From Bacteroidales bacterium (lineage in GTDB: Bacteria > Bacteroidota > Bacteroidia > Bacteroidales > UBA12077), in the NCBI GenBank assembly GCA_028282585.1, contig JANQHR010000117.1:10277-74276 (forward strand): 64,000 nucleotides of DNA, read 5' to 3'. Shown one piece after another: positions 1 to 9,144 of the stretch. Below the pieces are notes generated by a model. The model saw only the letters and a list, made by a program, of their open reading frames with translations. It did not search any database and was not told the DNA's origin. The position numbers and the translations under genes are program-made. The number at the start of each line of letters is the position of its first letter. Positions within the stretch are counted from its first letter, which is position 1.

Positions 1-1155
1 TTCCAATTCGCCTTGAGTAAAACCGTGCTGTTTTACTCTTTCATTTTCAATTAAAAGAGATTTTAAACCATATTCTACGTTGTTATTAGCATAAGCCCCC
101 AATGCATAAGCATCTTTATTACCAGCAAAAGAACCATAATAATTATACGCAAAAATGAACGGGGGATTTTCTTTCTGAACCAGTTCATTTAACCTTTCAT
201 TAAGCATATTAGTATACAATCTGACGATAAAGTTATTTTTATAGTATTGCATATCTTTATCTTCGGGCATAATATAGTTATGCTTATAATAAATGTTTAC
301 CTCTGTATTTTGAGCTTCTTTATCAGTTGCAATGGCAATTAAAGGTTCATCATTATTGGGAACTTCATAAGTTATTCTTTCCTTTGGATTTTTATGTCTT
401 GGGATATCCGCATAAAATTTTTGGATTTTAGCTTCTATTTGATCTACTTCTATATCGCCCACTACGATTAATGCTTGTAAATCGGTTCTGTACCAGTCTT
501 TATAGAATTGTCTTAAAGTATCATAGGGGGAATGATTAATAACTTCAAGTTCTCCAATAAGGTCACGTTCAGCATACTTTGAACCTTTGTAAACAATTGG
601 ATCGGTAGCTGTTCTTAATCTCCAGTTTGCATCTTTTCTAGTGCGCCACTCTTCACGAATTACACCTCGCTCATTATCAATTTCCTCTTCGGTAAATAAA
701 ACATTATGTGACATATCTTTTAGGGCCAGCAGTGCAGTATCTATGATTCCTTCTCTGGTAACCGGAGTTTCCATTAACATATATATGGTTTGTTCCAATC
801 CGGTTCCTGCATTAATGTTTCTACCAAATTCCATCCCTACAGTTTCGAAATAATTCAAGATACCTTTTCCAGGAAAGTTCATTGTACCGTTAAAACACAT
901 ATGTTCAACAAAGTGTGCTAATCCATCTTGCCCGTCAGTTTCTAAAATAGCACCTGCATTAACAACTAAATAAAACTCGGCTCGATTTTCTGGTTTTTCA
1001 TTGTGCTTGATATAATATGTAAGTCCGTTTTCAAGTTTACCATACCTAACCTCAGGATCTAATGGTATTGCTTGGTTTTGAGCATATAAAGTTATTGGAG
1101 CTAGAACACTTACAAATAGAAATAGCTTCAAAAAATTCTTTTTTAATTTTTGCAT
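1..1155 (-). CDS. M16 family zinc metallopeptidase (PqqL-like), runs off the window edge
   Basis: Not in the ORF track. Manual translation from ATG 1155: MQKLKKNFLKLFLFVSVLAPITLYAQ...GKLENGLTYYIKHN...DGLAHFVEHMCFNGT, i.e. signal peptide plus inverted zincin HxxEH. Confidence 0.92.
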   Translation of the reverse strand, partial: MQKLKKNFLKLFLFVSVLAPITLYAQNQAIPLDPEVRYGKLENGLTYYIKHNEKPENRAEFYLVVNAGAILETDGQDGLAHFVEHMCFNGTMNFPGKGILNYFETVGMEFGRNINAGTGLEQTIYMLMETPVTREGIIDTALLALKDMSHNVLFTEEEIDNERGVIREEWRTRKDANWRLRTATDPIVYKGSKYAERDLIGELEVINHSPYDTLRQFYKDWYRTDLQALIVVGDIEVDQIEAKIQKFYADIPRHKNPKERITYEVPNNDEPLIAIATDKEAQNTEVNIYYKHNYIMPEDKDMQYYKNNFIVRLYTNMLNERLNELVQKENPPFIFAYNYYGSFAGNKDAYALGAYANNNVEYGLKSLLIENERVKQHGFTQGELE

Positions 1156-1226
1156 GCAATTTTTTTTATAGTTAATAAATATTAAAACAGATTATTTATT
1201 CGATTAATCTAATTTTAAACGAGCGT

Positions 1227-1256
1227 CGAATTTATTAATAATTTTAAACTTACCAA
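1227..1256 (-). promoter_or_regulatory. Candidate Bacteroidota sigma-A promoter for the M16 peptidase
   Basis: Minus strand TTG (1256-1254), 19 nt spacer, TAAATTCG (1234-1227); one mismatch to TAnnTTTG. Confidence 0.45.
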
Positions 1257-1309
1257 TAAAAAATATCTGTTTTAATGCTGTGTATACTTTAGCACTATTT
1301 CTTTAAAAA

Positions 1310-2524
1310 CTAGCTAACTTCTTTAATATTGTAAACTAATAAAGCATTTCCGCGACGAACATATAAATTCCCGTTTTTAATTACAGGATGTGCAAAGTGT
1401 TCTTTTGTTCCCTTTTTAATTCTGAAAGAACTGATAACTTCTAAATTAGGTTCAGTTTTTATTAAATTAAGAGGCCCTTTTTCATTATACATATATAACA
1501 ATCCATCAGCGAAGATAGTACTTCCTCTTCCTACTTTTAATGAATCGATAATTTCTCCTGTTTCTTTGTCAACAGCTTTTAATAATTGCTTCCTATGACC
1601 GGTGCCTATAATTTTATTATTAGCAATTACAATTCCACCCATTATATTATCAAGATCAAAATTCCTCCAAATTTCAGTTATTTCACTACCATCTTCCGAA
1701 AGTTTTAGTTTTACGGTTCCATTTCCACAACCGGTTGTATAATATAGGTCTCCATTTTCGAATATTGGAGAATTACCGTGAATATCCCCCATGGTATCTT
1801 GATCGTGTACCCAAATCATCTCACCATTATCTGTGTTTAATGCGAATAAAGAGAATTCTGAGAATGTTACCAGTAGATTTCTTGTTGGATATTCAATAAT
1901 GATAGGAGAACAAAAGGCAGGTTTTTCGCCTTTAGCCTTGCTAACCCAAACTTCTTCACCAGTTAATCTGTTTAATGCAACCACATTATTATCTGTATTA
2001 CCTGGTGCAAAAAATACTTTATCTCCTTCAACTAGTAATGATTGAGAAAAACCAAATCTGGTATTAACACCTTGGTAGTCCTTAATCATATTTACGGACC
2101 ATACTTTACTTCCGTCTTTAGCATTAAAACATACTACTTCACCCATTGGTGAACATACATATACTAAATTATCCACCACCGTAGGTGCTGATCTGGAACC
2201 TGGAAAGTTCTTTACCCAGGAACTGTCATATTCCGATTCCCAAAGAAGGTTTCCTTCCAAATCGAAAGCGAATAAATGACTTAAACTATCTAGTTCGCCG
2301 CTAACAAATATTTTATCAGATGTAACGGTTGGCGATCCATAGCCGTTTCCAATTCCTTCATAGTCCCATAAAAGCTCTGGTCCGTCTTCAGGCCATTCTT
2401 TTAATAAGTTTGTTTCCGAATAGACGCCATCGCGCTTATCTCCTCGCCATTGGTTTATTTCAGTTTTCTTATTACATGAGTAAATAAAAAGTACGAGGAT
2501 AACAGGTAAAATTAAGTTTTTCAT
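1310..2524 (-). CDS. PQQ-like beta-propeller lipoprotein
   Basis: Lipobox-like LFIYSC; QWRGDKRDG..WPEDGPELLW N-terminus; repeated A.d..tG...W blades; C-terminal HFAHPVI..LYVR. Confidence 0.85.
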   Translation of the reverse strand: MKNLILPVILVLFIYSCNKKTEINQWRGDKRDGVYSETNLLKEWPEDGPELLWDYEGIGNGYGSPTVTSDKIFVSGELDSLSHLFAFDLEGNLLWESEYDSSWVKNFPGSRSAPTVVDNLVYVCSPMGEVVCFNAKDGSKVWSVNMIKDYQGVNTRFGFSQSLLVEGDKVFFAPGNTDNNVVALNRLTGEEVWVSKAKGEKPAFCSPIIIEYPTRNLLVTFSEFSLFALNTDNGEMIWVHDQDTMGDIHGNSPIFENGDLYYTTGCGNGTVKLKLSEDGSEITEIWRNFDLDNIMGGIVIANNKIIGTGHRKQLLKAVDKETGEIIDSLKVGRGSTIFADGLLYMYNEKGPLNLIKTEPNLEVISSFRIKKGTKEHFAHPVIKNGNLYVRRGNALLVYNIKEVS

Positions 2525-2602
2525 ATCATTAAAATTTATGGTTTCAGAAAATTCAAATATAAGATTATTTGAAACGAATATAGTTTAAATTATTGATTGA
2601 AA

Positions 2603-5600
2603 TTATTCGTTTCGCAAAGAAACTATCAAATTTGATTTAATTGAAAAACGAGTAGATAGGTAAATCCAAAGCAATCCACTTATTGTAATTATTAAAACTA
2701 ATGCTATTACATATAAACTGGGAATATTAAAAGATTCAGATAATAGTGAAGGTAAAATTCCAATAAGTGCGGCACCTATACCAATTTTTAAACCAATTAA
2801 TAGTAAAATAATATTTTCAATTACAATTAGCTTAATGATTTTAAGTTTTGAAAATCCAAGTGATAACAATAAAGCTATTTCAGATTTTCTTTCTAAAATG
2901 TTTCGAAGTAAAACTATACCTAAACCTATTGTACCAATTATAACCCCCAATCCTCCCAAAAACATAAAAACGGTAAGATATGTATTTGTAACGGAATAAA
3001 ACTGAGATAATCTTTCAGATGTTTGTGTCAGCTCAATACCATAATTCCTTAAATAAGAAGATAATATCTCAGAAGTTTTTTCTTTGCTTTTTGAGTCAAC
3101 AAGTATTGTTTTCGAACCACTGACTGAAGGAAAATGTTTGCTAAAATGTTTATCAGCAATTAAAATACTTCCCTGAAAAATTGAAGCTTGTAAACCTCCT
3201 GCTAATACAATGTAAAGCTCTTCTCCTTTTTCATTTAGATAAATTAACGTATCACCAACATTTTTCATTAATCCCCATGTAATTACTGTTTGATCAGCGT
3301 ATGCAGGGATTATATTTTTACCATAAGTTTTATTTAACTCTAACCAAGGTTCGATCTTATTTATATTATCTAATAGCCTGGCAAATGAAAAGGATTTTCT
3401 ATTATTTAATTCTTCAGGGTTTAGTCCCAGAATTTTGGGATTATTAATTTGATTCAGATTTAAACAACTGGCATCATCACCATCTAATTGATGTATTTGA
3501 ACAAAATTAACATGTTCTAATTCAGGTTCATCAGTTAAGTTATATTTGTTCTTACCTTCTTCAGAATTTAAGTCATTTAAAATAGGAAGAGTTGTTTCTG
3601 CCCAAAATTGGAATCCGCCTGTTCCGGATTCTCTTTTATTTTCAGATTCATAAAAGGTTTTTCTATTTGCTCCAGTAATAATGATTGTAAATGTGCCCAA
3701 CGATAATAAGGCTATAATTGCCAGACTTCTGCCTTTATTTTTAGCTGCATTTTTAAATGCAAGTTGATTAAAGCCTAAACTGTTACTATGCTTAAACTTA
3801 CTATTGTTGAATAATAGATTAAGCCATAAAATACTTCCAAGAAGGAACAAACTACTCACCGAAAGAATTAAGTTTGCATTTTGATCTAATGATGTTAAAA
3901 GTGAGTAAATCACAACTAAAGCAACAATCACATAACTTAAAATAGCCAGGATTTTATATAAGTGGTTTTCCCGGATATTTATCTTTTTTGAAATCATCGA
4001 ACCGTTTCTAATTAATCCAATAATTGGTTGCTGTAGTTTTTTTCTCGTAACAAGATATATTGATAACAGGGAAATTACAATTCCTGAGAAAGTTCCGATT
4101 AACAGGGTAGAATGCTTAATGTATATGCTTAACATATTGGTTCTTACTATATCTTGCCATACATTATTTAATGCATGCATTATTCCACGATTATAGAGTA
4201 TCCCGAAAAGAGCACCAATTATTCCACCTATCAGTACGGTTATAATATTTTCAATAAATCGGATTTTTATTATTTTCTTTTTATGAAACCCCAATCCGGA
4301 TAATATACCGGTTTCTGCATTTCTTGATTCTGTATTCAATGAGTAGATAAGAACAGTAAGCAAAATACCGGCAACTATAACAAAAAAGCTCATGCTTAGG
4401 AATAACTCACCAAAATCAACCCCGCTAGAAGCAGCTCTTATAGCTTCTGCTTGCACAGGTAAAAAGAATAAGTTAAGGTCTTTCGGATCCAGAACTGAAA
4501 TAATTCCTTTTTTAAGAGAATCCAGGTTTGAAATATTTTTATTGAGTCGAACCGAAGTATAATTTCCATATTTATTTTGCCAGAGTTCTAGTCCGGATTC
4601 AATTGTTATAAATGCTTTTGGAGTTCCTTTATATTCATCCCAGTATTTTTCATCTTTATCTCTTATTCTATCCAGATCTATTGGAATTCCTGTATCCCAT
4701 TCGCTACAGCTTCCAGCATCAGCTAGTCCGGGAAATAAAGGCATTAAATTTCTATCGAAAATTCCGCCTTGCGTTGGTAGAATATCTTTTACAATAAAAT
4801 TGTTTGTTTTTTCTTCAAGCGTCCTTAATGGACCAATAATATAATAATCTAATTCGAGTGTGTCACCCTTTTTTGCAACAATGTCGTCAGCTAACCATTG
4901 GTTAATTATTATTTCGTTTTTTGCCAGACTTCTATTCAAGTATTTCGATGAAGCTGCCGATACAAAAGAATATGGAGTTTCTCTATTATTTAATCTTAAA
5001 GAATTAACCAGGTAAGTTAAAATAGACTCATTTTCCTTGAAATTCTTATTGATTGATTCAGTTATTGGATTATCAATAAAGATACGATCAGAAAGTATTT
5101 CAAAATCATCTTCTAATTCCCGGATAAGCAAACCGGCATCTTTTAATTTCCATACTTTTTCAAAGGAATAGTTTATATCATCGCTCGTTAGATCATTGTT
5201 AAGGTTATTTGACGCAATTATTACGTTTGACAAACCTTCAACTTCAAGTTTTTTAGCAAGATAATCCCTGGAAATAAAAATATTATACGGTGCCGATTGA
5301 ATATTTTTTAATCCAAATCTGCCTAAATTCTGATCATTGGCAATTTCTTTAATTATAACTCTGAATGAAACAGAAGGATCCGATTCTTTAGCAAATGGGG
5401 CATTTAAAGGAATTACATTTGCGTTTTCAACTCTTAATAGAATCTCATCGTTAATCTTTAGATCTAATTTCTCTGCAACATTCTCACTAACAATAATTTC
5501 ATCATCATTTAGATCTGGTAAGGTTTTATTGGATAGCTGCCAAAAATTTTGATCAACTCCGTAGATTTGAGCCTTATTTATTCTAAGATTTGATTCGGAA

Positions 5601-5887
5601 TTAATTGCAATACAATTAAGATGAAGTAGGGGAGCGGTTTTAATTTTTAGATCATTCGAAATATCATTGGAGAGTTCAGATCTGACAAAGCGCTCGCCTG
5701 TTTGTAATGCAAATTTCGTGCTACCCAATCTGGCATCAACAATCTGACGTAAGCTAAATTTCACCGAATCACCTACAATTAATGCTCCTGTTAAAACAGC
5801 TGTACTTATTATAGTTCCTGCTAAAACCGCTAAATGCTGCTTTCTGAAATACCAAAAACTCCTTAATATAAATTTAAATATTGCCAT
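2603..5887 (-). CDS. ABC transporter permease, duplicated MacB/FtsX type
   Basis: 1094 aa; two repeats of TM + large periplasmic domain + 3 TM; ERKSEIALLLSLGF and SRNAETGILSGLGF FtsX-type motifs. Confidence 0.88.
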   Translation of the reverse strand: MAIFKFILRSFWYFRKQHLAVLAGTIISTAVLTGALIVGDSVKFSLRQIVDARLGSTKFALQTGERFVRSELSNDISNDLKIKTAPLLHLNCIAINSESNLRINKAQIYGVDQNFWQLSNKTLPDLNDDEIIVSENVAEKLDLKINDEILLRVENANVIPLNAPFAKESDPSVSFRVIIKEIANDQNLGRFGLKNIQSAPYNIFISRDYLAKKLEVEGLSNVIIASNNLNNDLTSDDINYSFEKVWKLKDAGLLIRELEDDFEILSDRIFIDNPITESINKNFKENESILTYLVNSLRLNNRETPYSFVSAASSKYLNRSLAKNEIIINQWLADDIVAKKGDTLELDYYIIGPLRTLEEKTNNFIVKDILPTQGGIFDRNLMPLFPGLADAGSCSEWDTGIPIDLDRIRDKDEKYWDEYKGTPKAFITIESGLELWQNKYGNYTSVRLNKNISNLDSLKKGIISVLDPKDLNLFFLPVQAEAIRAASSGVDFGELFLSMSFFVIVAGILLTVLIYSLNTESRNAETGILSGLGFHKKKIIKIRFIENIITVLIGGIIGALFGILYNRGIMHALNNVWQDIVRTNMLSIYIKHSTLLIGTFSGIVISLLSIYLVTRKKLQQPIIGLIRNGSMISKKINIRENHLYKILAILSYVIVALVVIYSLLTSLDQNANLILSVSSLFLLGSILWLNLLFNNSKFKHSNSLGFNQLAFKNAAKNKGRSLAIIALLSLGTFTIIITGANRKTFYESENKRESGTGGFQFWAETTLPILNDLNSEEGKNKYNLTDEPELEHVNFVQIHQLDGDDASCLNLNQINNPKILGLNPEELNNRKSFSFARLLDNINKIEPWLELNKTYGKNIIPAYADQTVITWGLMKNVGDTLIYLNEKGEELYIVLAGGLQASIFQGSILIADKHFSKHFPSVSGSKTILVDSKSKEKTSEILSSYLRNYGIELTQTSERLSQFYSVTNTYLTVFMFLGGLGVIIGTIGLGIVLLRNILERKSEIALLLSLGFSKLKIIKLIVIENIILLLIGLKIGIGAALIGILPSLLSESFNIPSLYVIALVLIITISGLLWIYLSTRFSIKSNLIVSLRNE

Positions 5888-5913
5888 TTACAATAGTGAA
5901 TAATTATTAATGA

Positions 5914-6603
5914 TTAGTCATTAATTTTAGTAAGCTTTCCATAATCCAATTTATAGATTGAATCCATTTTTTTTGCCAGGTCCAGTGAGTGAGTTACAGC
6001 CACCATAGCAACATTTTGTTTTCTATTTATTTCAGATAATAATTCACCTAGTTGTTCTGCCGAATCCTGATCAAGAGAACCTGTTGGTTCGTCTGCTAAA
6101 ATGAGCTCGGGTTCATTTATAAGTGCTCTAACAACGGTTGCTCTTTGACACTCTCCGCCTGACATTTGTCCGGGTCGTTGATGAATTTTATCAGCTAAGC
6201 CAACGCTTTCAAGCAAACTCATAGCTCTATCTAATGCAATTTTCTTGTAGTTTTTATCAGAAATTGGAATTGTAGGAACTAATACATTCTCTATTAATGA
6301 TAACTGAGGTAATAAGTGATGAAGTTGAAAAATAAAACCAATATGTTGGTTTCTAATTTCAGCTAATTGTTTTTCAGAATATTGCTGAATATCATTTTCC
6401 TTAATTTTAACTATTCCGTTAGTTGGTTGATCAAGGGTTCCTAATATATTTAAGAGCGTACTTTTACCTGAACCTGAAGGTCCAACAATAGATATTGAAT
6501 CACCGGCTTTTAAGCTAAAATTAATTTCTTTTAGAACATCTCTACTGGCAATTACACCTTGATTCTCATAAGATTTACTTACATTTTCCAGTTCAACTAT
6601 CAT
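5914..6603 (-). CDS. ABC transporter ATP-binding protein, LolD/MacB-like
   Basis: Walker A GPSGSGKST, MSGGECQR, ILADEPTGSLD, VTH. Start taken at ATG 6603 (track start 6621). Confidence 0.93.
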   Translation of the reverse strand: MIVELENVSKSYENQGVIASRDVLKEINFSLKAGDSISIVGPSGSGKSTLLNILGTLDQPTNGIVKIKENDIQQYSEKQLAEIRNQHIGFIFQLHHLLPQLSLIENVLVPTIPISDKNYKKIALDRAMSLLESVGLADKIHQRPGQMSGGECQRATVVRALINEPELILADEPTGSLDQDSAEQLGELLSEINRKQNVAMVAVTHSLDLAKKMDSIYKLDYGKLTKIND

Positions 6604-6607
6604 AAGG

Positions 6608-7903
6608 TTATTTTTTATCAATTGCTTCCTGATAAATACTCAATATACTTTTAGTAACTTTTTCAGTACTGTATTTATCTTCAACTGATTTTCGTCCGTT
6701 CTTACTGTATTCAAGCAACTTATCTTTATCTCCCAATACTTCAGCCAATTTATTTGCTAATGCAGAAGAAGAATTAGGTTCAAAGATAGCACCACCTTGT
6801 GTTTCTTTGACAATTTCAGGGAAAGCTGCTAATGCAGGTTGTACAATTGGAACACCGGCAGCTAATGATTCTAATTGGTACATTCCAAACGCTTCACCTT
6901 TCAAAACAGGTACCGATAAAACGGTTAATTTATTAAAGAAATCACTTAATTTTTCGGTTCTGAAATCATCAATAAATTCGATATCATTCTCAATGCCGTT
7001 TTGTTCAAGCTTTTTAAGCTGTTTTTTTATGAATTTCTCATCATCACCTGTTTTACCGCCGGTAACCTTAAGCAAGGCGTTTTTAAACTCAGTTTTCTTC
7101 TTTAACTCAATAAATGCGTCAATAACTATTTCAAAGCCATTTTCTTTATTCATCCTTGATAAATAACCAACAACCGGTGGATCTTGAACAGGTTCTGTAT
7201 ATCTATAAGCATCAGGATCAACGCCTATTGGAACAACATGGAGTTTTTCGTCGGGAATAGACATTCTCTTTTGCATCAAGTTACCAAAGTATTGACTAAC
7301 TGCAATAAATGCATCAATGTCATTACTTTTCTCGCTCATTAATCCCCAAAGCTTAGTTTGGTAGTCTTTACTCATAGCATCAAGCCAAACATCTTCGTCT
7401 TGTAAAGAACATACAACCGGGATATTTAATTCTTCTCTTATCTTACTGGCTAATCCCATCAACAATGCATTAGATAAATGCACAACATCAGGTTTTTCAT
7501 GATTTTTCAAGAAATCTATTAAAAGATCAAGCTCTTCTTTTTGATAACCTTCAGCACCCTTTAACATAGATATTGTTAATTCTTCTAAACCCTCTGCCCT
7601 GGTCGATTCGGACATTTTTGAAGCAAAGCGAAGTATAGCTGGAGAATTAAAAAAGTTATGAAGCCATTTAGGCATTTTTCTTAGAAACTTGACTTTCTGT
7701 TCAAGATAAACATTTACTGCTCCATAAAATACAGGGATTCCGTCATTAGAATAATTATTGAATGCATTCAAAGGCATATATAATGGAAGCGTAATTGCAT
7801 CATGACCGGTTTTTTTTAACCATTTTGTAAAAGCACTGTCACGTAAGCAATTCCCACAATAGAATGTTCCGCCAAAACCAGGTACTATGTTAATTATTTT
7901 CAT
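6608..7903 (-). CDS. Glycosyltransferase family 4 (GT-B) with N-terminal CxxC
   Basis: EAFGMYQLESLAAGVP (ExFG-x3-E), PDVVHLSN, GYLSRM; N-terminal FYCGNCLRD. Confidence 0.88.
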   Translation of the reverse strand: MKIINIVPGFGGTFYCGNCLRDSAFTKWLKKTGHDAITLPLYMPLNAFNNYSNDGIPVFYGAVNVYLEQKVKFLRKMPKWLHNFFNSPAILRFASKMSESTRAEGLEELTISMLKGAEGYQKEELDLLIDFLKNHEKPDVVHLSNALLMGLASKIREELNIPVVCSLQDEDVWLDAMSKDYQTKLWGLMSEKSNDIDAFIAVSQYFGNLMQKRMSIPDEKLHVVPIGVDPDAYRYTEPVQDPPVVGYLSRMNKENGFEIVIDAFIELKKKTEFKNALLKVTGGKTGDDEKFIKKQLKKLEQNGIENDIEFIDDFRTEKLSDFFNKLTVLSVPVLKGEAFGMYQLESLAAGVPIVQPALAAFPEIVKETQGGAIFEPNSSSALANKLAEVLGDKDKLLEYSKNGRKSVEDKYSTEKVTKSILSIYQEAIDKK

Positions 7904-7929
7904 TTTTTTTCCTTTAAGTATTTAGTAAT

Positions 7930-8034
7930 GAGATATTCAGTATCAAGATTTTAAAATTATCATTAAAATTAAATAATATCTAAATCTGTGTTTAGTGTCT
8001 AGTGTCTAGTGTCTTGATACTTGTATCTCGTATC
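7930..8034. repeat. Heptamer tandem repeat plus imperfect inverted repeat, intra-operon spacer
   Basis: TAGTGTC x3 then TTGATAC, TTGTATC, TCGTATC (7993-8034); GAGATATTCAGTATCAAGA (7930-7948) is near-complementary to TCTTGATACTTGTATCTC (8012-8029). Confidence 0.7.
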
Positions 8035-9143
8035 TATTTTACACCAAATGCGTACACTCTTCCATCACCAGCGCCAACAATAATCATATTATTAATAATT
8101 GCCGGAGTACTAATAACAGGACTTCCTATTTCGTACGACCAGATTTTTTTTCCACTGCTGATATCTAATATATAGAGATTACCATCATTTGATCCTATTA
8201 CAACTCTATTTCCTGTAATAACAGGTGAACTTTCAACTTTGTTTAAAGATTTAAATTTCCATAAAACTTTACCGGTTGTTTTATCAAAACAATACACATT
8301 TCTATCCTGTGATCCGATAATTACTTTATTTCCAGAAACTGCAGGTGAACCCAAGAAGGGACCGGCTCCGGTATATTTCCATTTGATAGTTTTACTTGTC
8401 ATATCTGCACAATAAAAACCACCATCGTAATTTCCAAAAAATGCCAGGTTATTTTCCAGAGCTGCTGATGATGCAATATATGTCCCAATGTCAATTTTAT
8501 CCTTTGAAATACCATCTGTAACACTAACCATATGCAGAAAACCATCACATCCGCCAAATACAGCAATATTACCATCAGTAGCAGGAGCTCCGTTAATATA
8601 ATTATCGGCTTCGTATTTCCAGGCAACTTTTCCGGTTTTTGCATCTACGCAATGCATAAAGAAATCATAACTTCCGGTAATAATTCTTTTAGTTTTTTTA
8701 TCAGAAGCATATACCCAACCGGCAGATCCGGAAATTTGACCATCTGTTGTATATTGCCATTTAACATCTCCTGTACCTGCATTCAAAGCAAATAGAATAC
8801 CTTCAAGTGAACCAAAATAGACTGTGTTATCTAAAAATAACGGGGGAGCTTCAATAGAAGTTCCGGCATTGAACTTCCAATTTAATTCTCCCTTAGAATT
8901 TAAAGAATATAAGTACCCATCATTTGATCCAATAAAAATGTTATTTCCACAAGTCACGGCAGATGATTTGATCAGATCTTCCGTTTTAAAGGTCCAGAGT
9001 AGTTTTAATGAATTTGGAATTTGAGCATCTGTTCTTCCTTGTAAAGATTGATTTCCTCTAAAAGTTGGCCAGCAGGTTGCTGTCTGAGAATTACCAAAAT
9101 AAGGAACAACTAATAATATTAGTAAGATCTTTAAATGTTTCAT
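8034..9143 (-). CDS. PQQ-like/BamB-like beta-propeller, secreted
   Basis: Signal peptide ending GNS-Q; WPTFRG; very regular SSP...v.iGs.DG.lY.l...tG...W blades. Start taken at ATG 9143. Confidence 0.85.
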   Translation of the reverse strand: MKHLKILLILLVVPYFGNSQTATCWPTFRGNQSLQGRTDAQIPNSLKLLWTFKTEDLIKSSAVTCGNNIFIGSNDGYLYSLNSKGELNWKFNAGTSIEAPPLFLDNTVYFGSLEGILFALNAGTGDVKWQYTTDGQISGSAGWVYASDKKTKRIITGSYDFFMHCVDAKTGKVAWKYEADNYINGAPATDGNIAVFGGCDGFLHMVSVTDGISKDKIDIGTYIASSAALENNLAFFGNYDGGFYCADMTSKTIKWKYTGAGPFLGSPAVSGNKVIIGSQDRNVYCFDKTTGKVLWKFKSLNKVESSPVITGNRVVIGSNDGNLYILDISSGKKIWSYEIGSPVISTPAIINNMIIVGAGDGRVYAFGVK

Positions 9144-9144
9144 T

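Noticed and set aside
1-1155. M16 peptidase as a PqqF-like maturase of the operon
   Set aside because: It has a signal peptide and its own candidate promoter, and looks like the common Bacteroidota PqqL-type protease; no evidence of linkage.
7993-8034. CRISPR array (also considered for 40003-40069 and 54388-54432)
   Set aside because: Units are 7-21 bp without unique spacers, and no cas genes are present.
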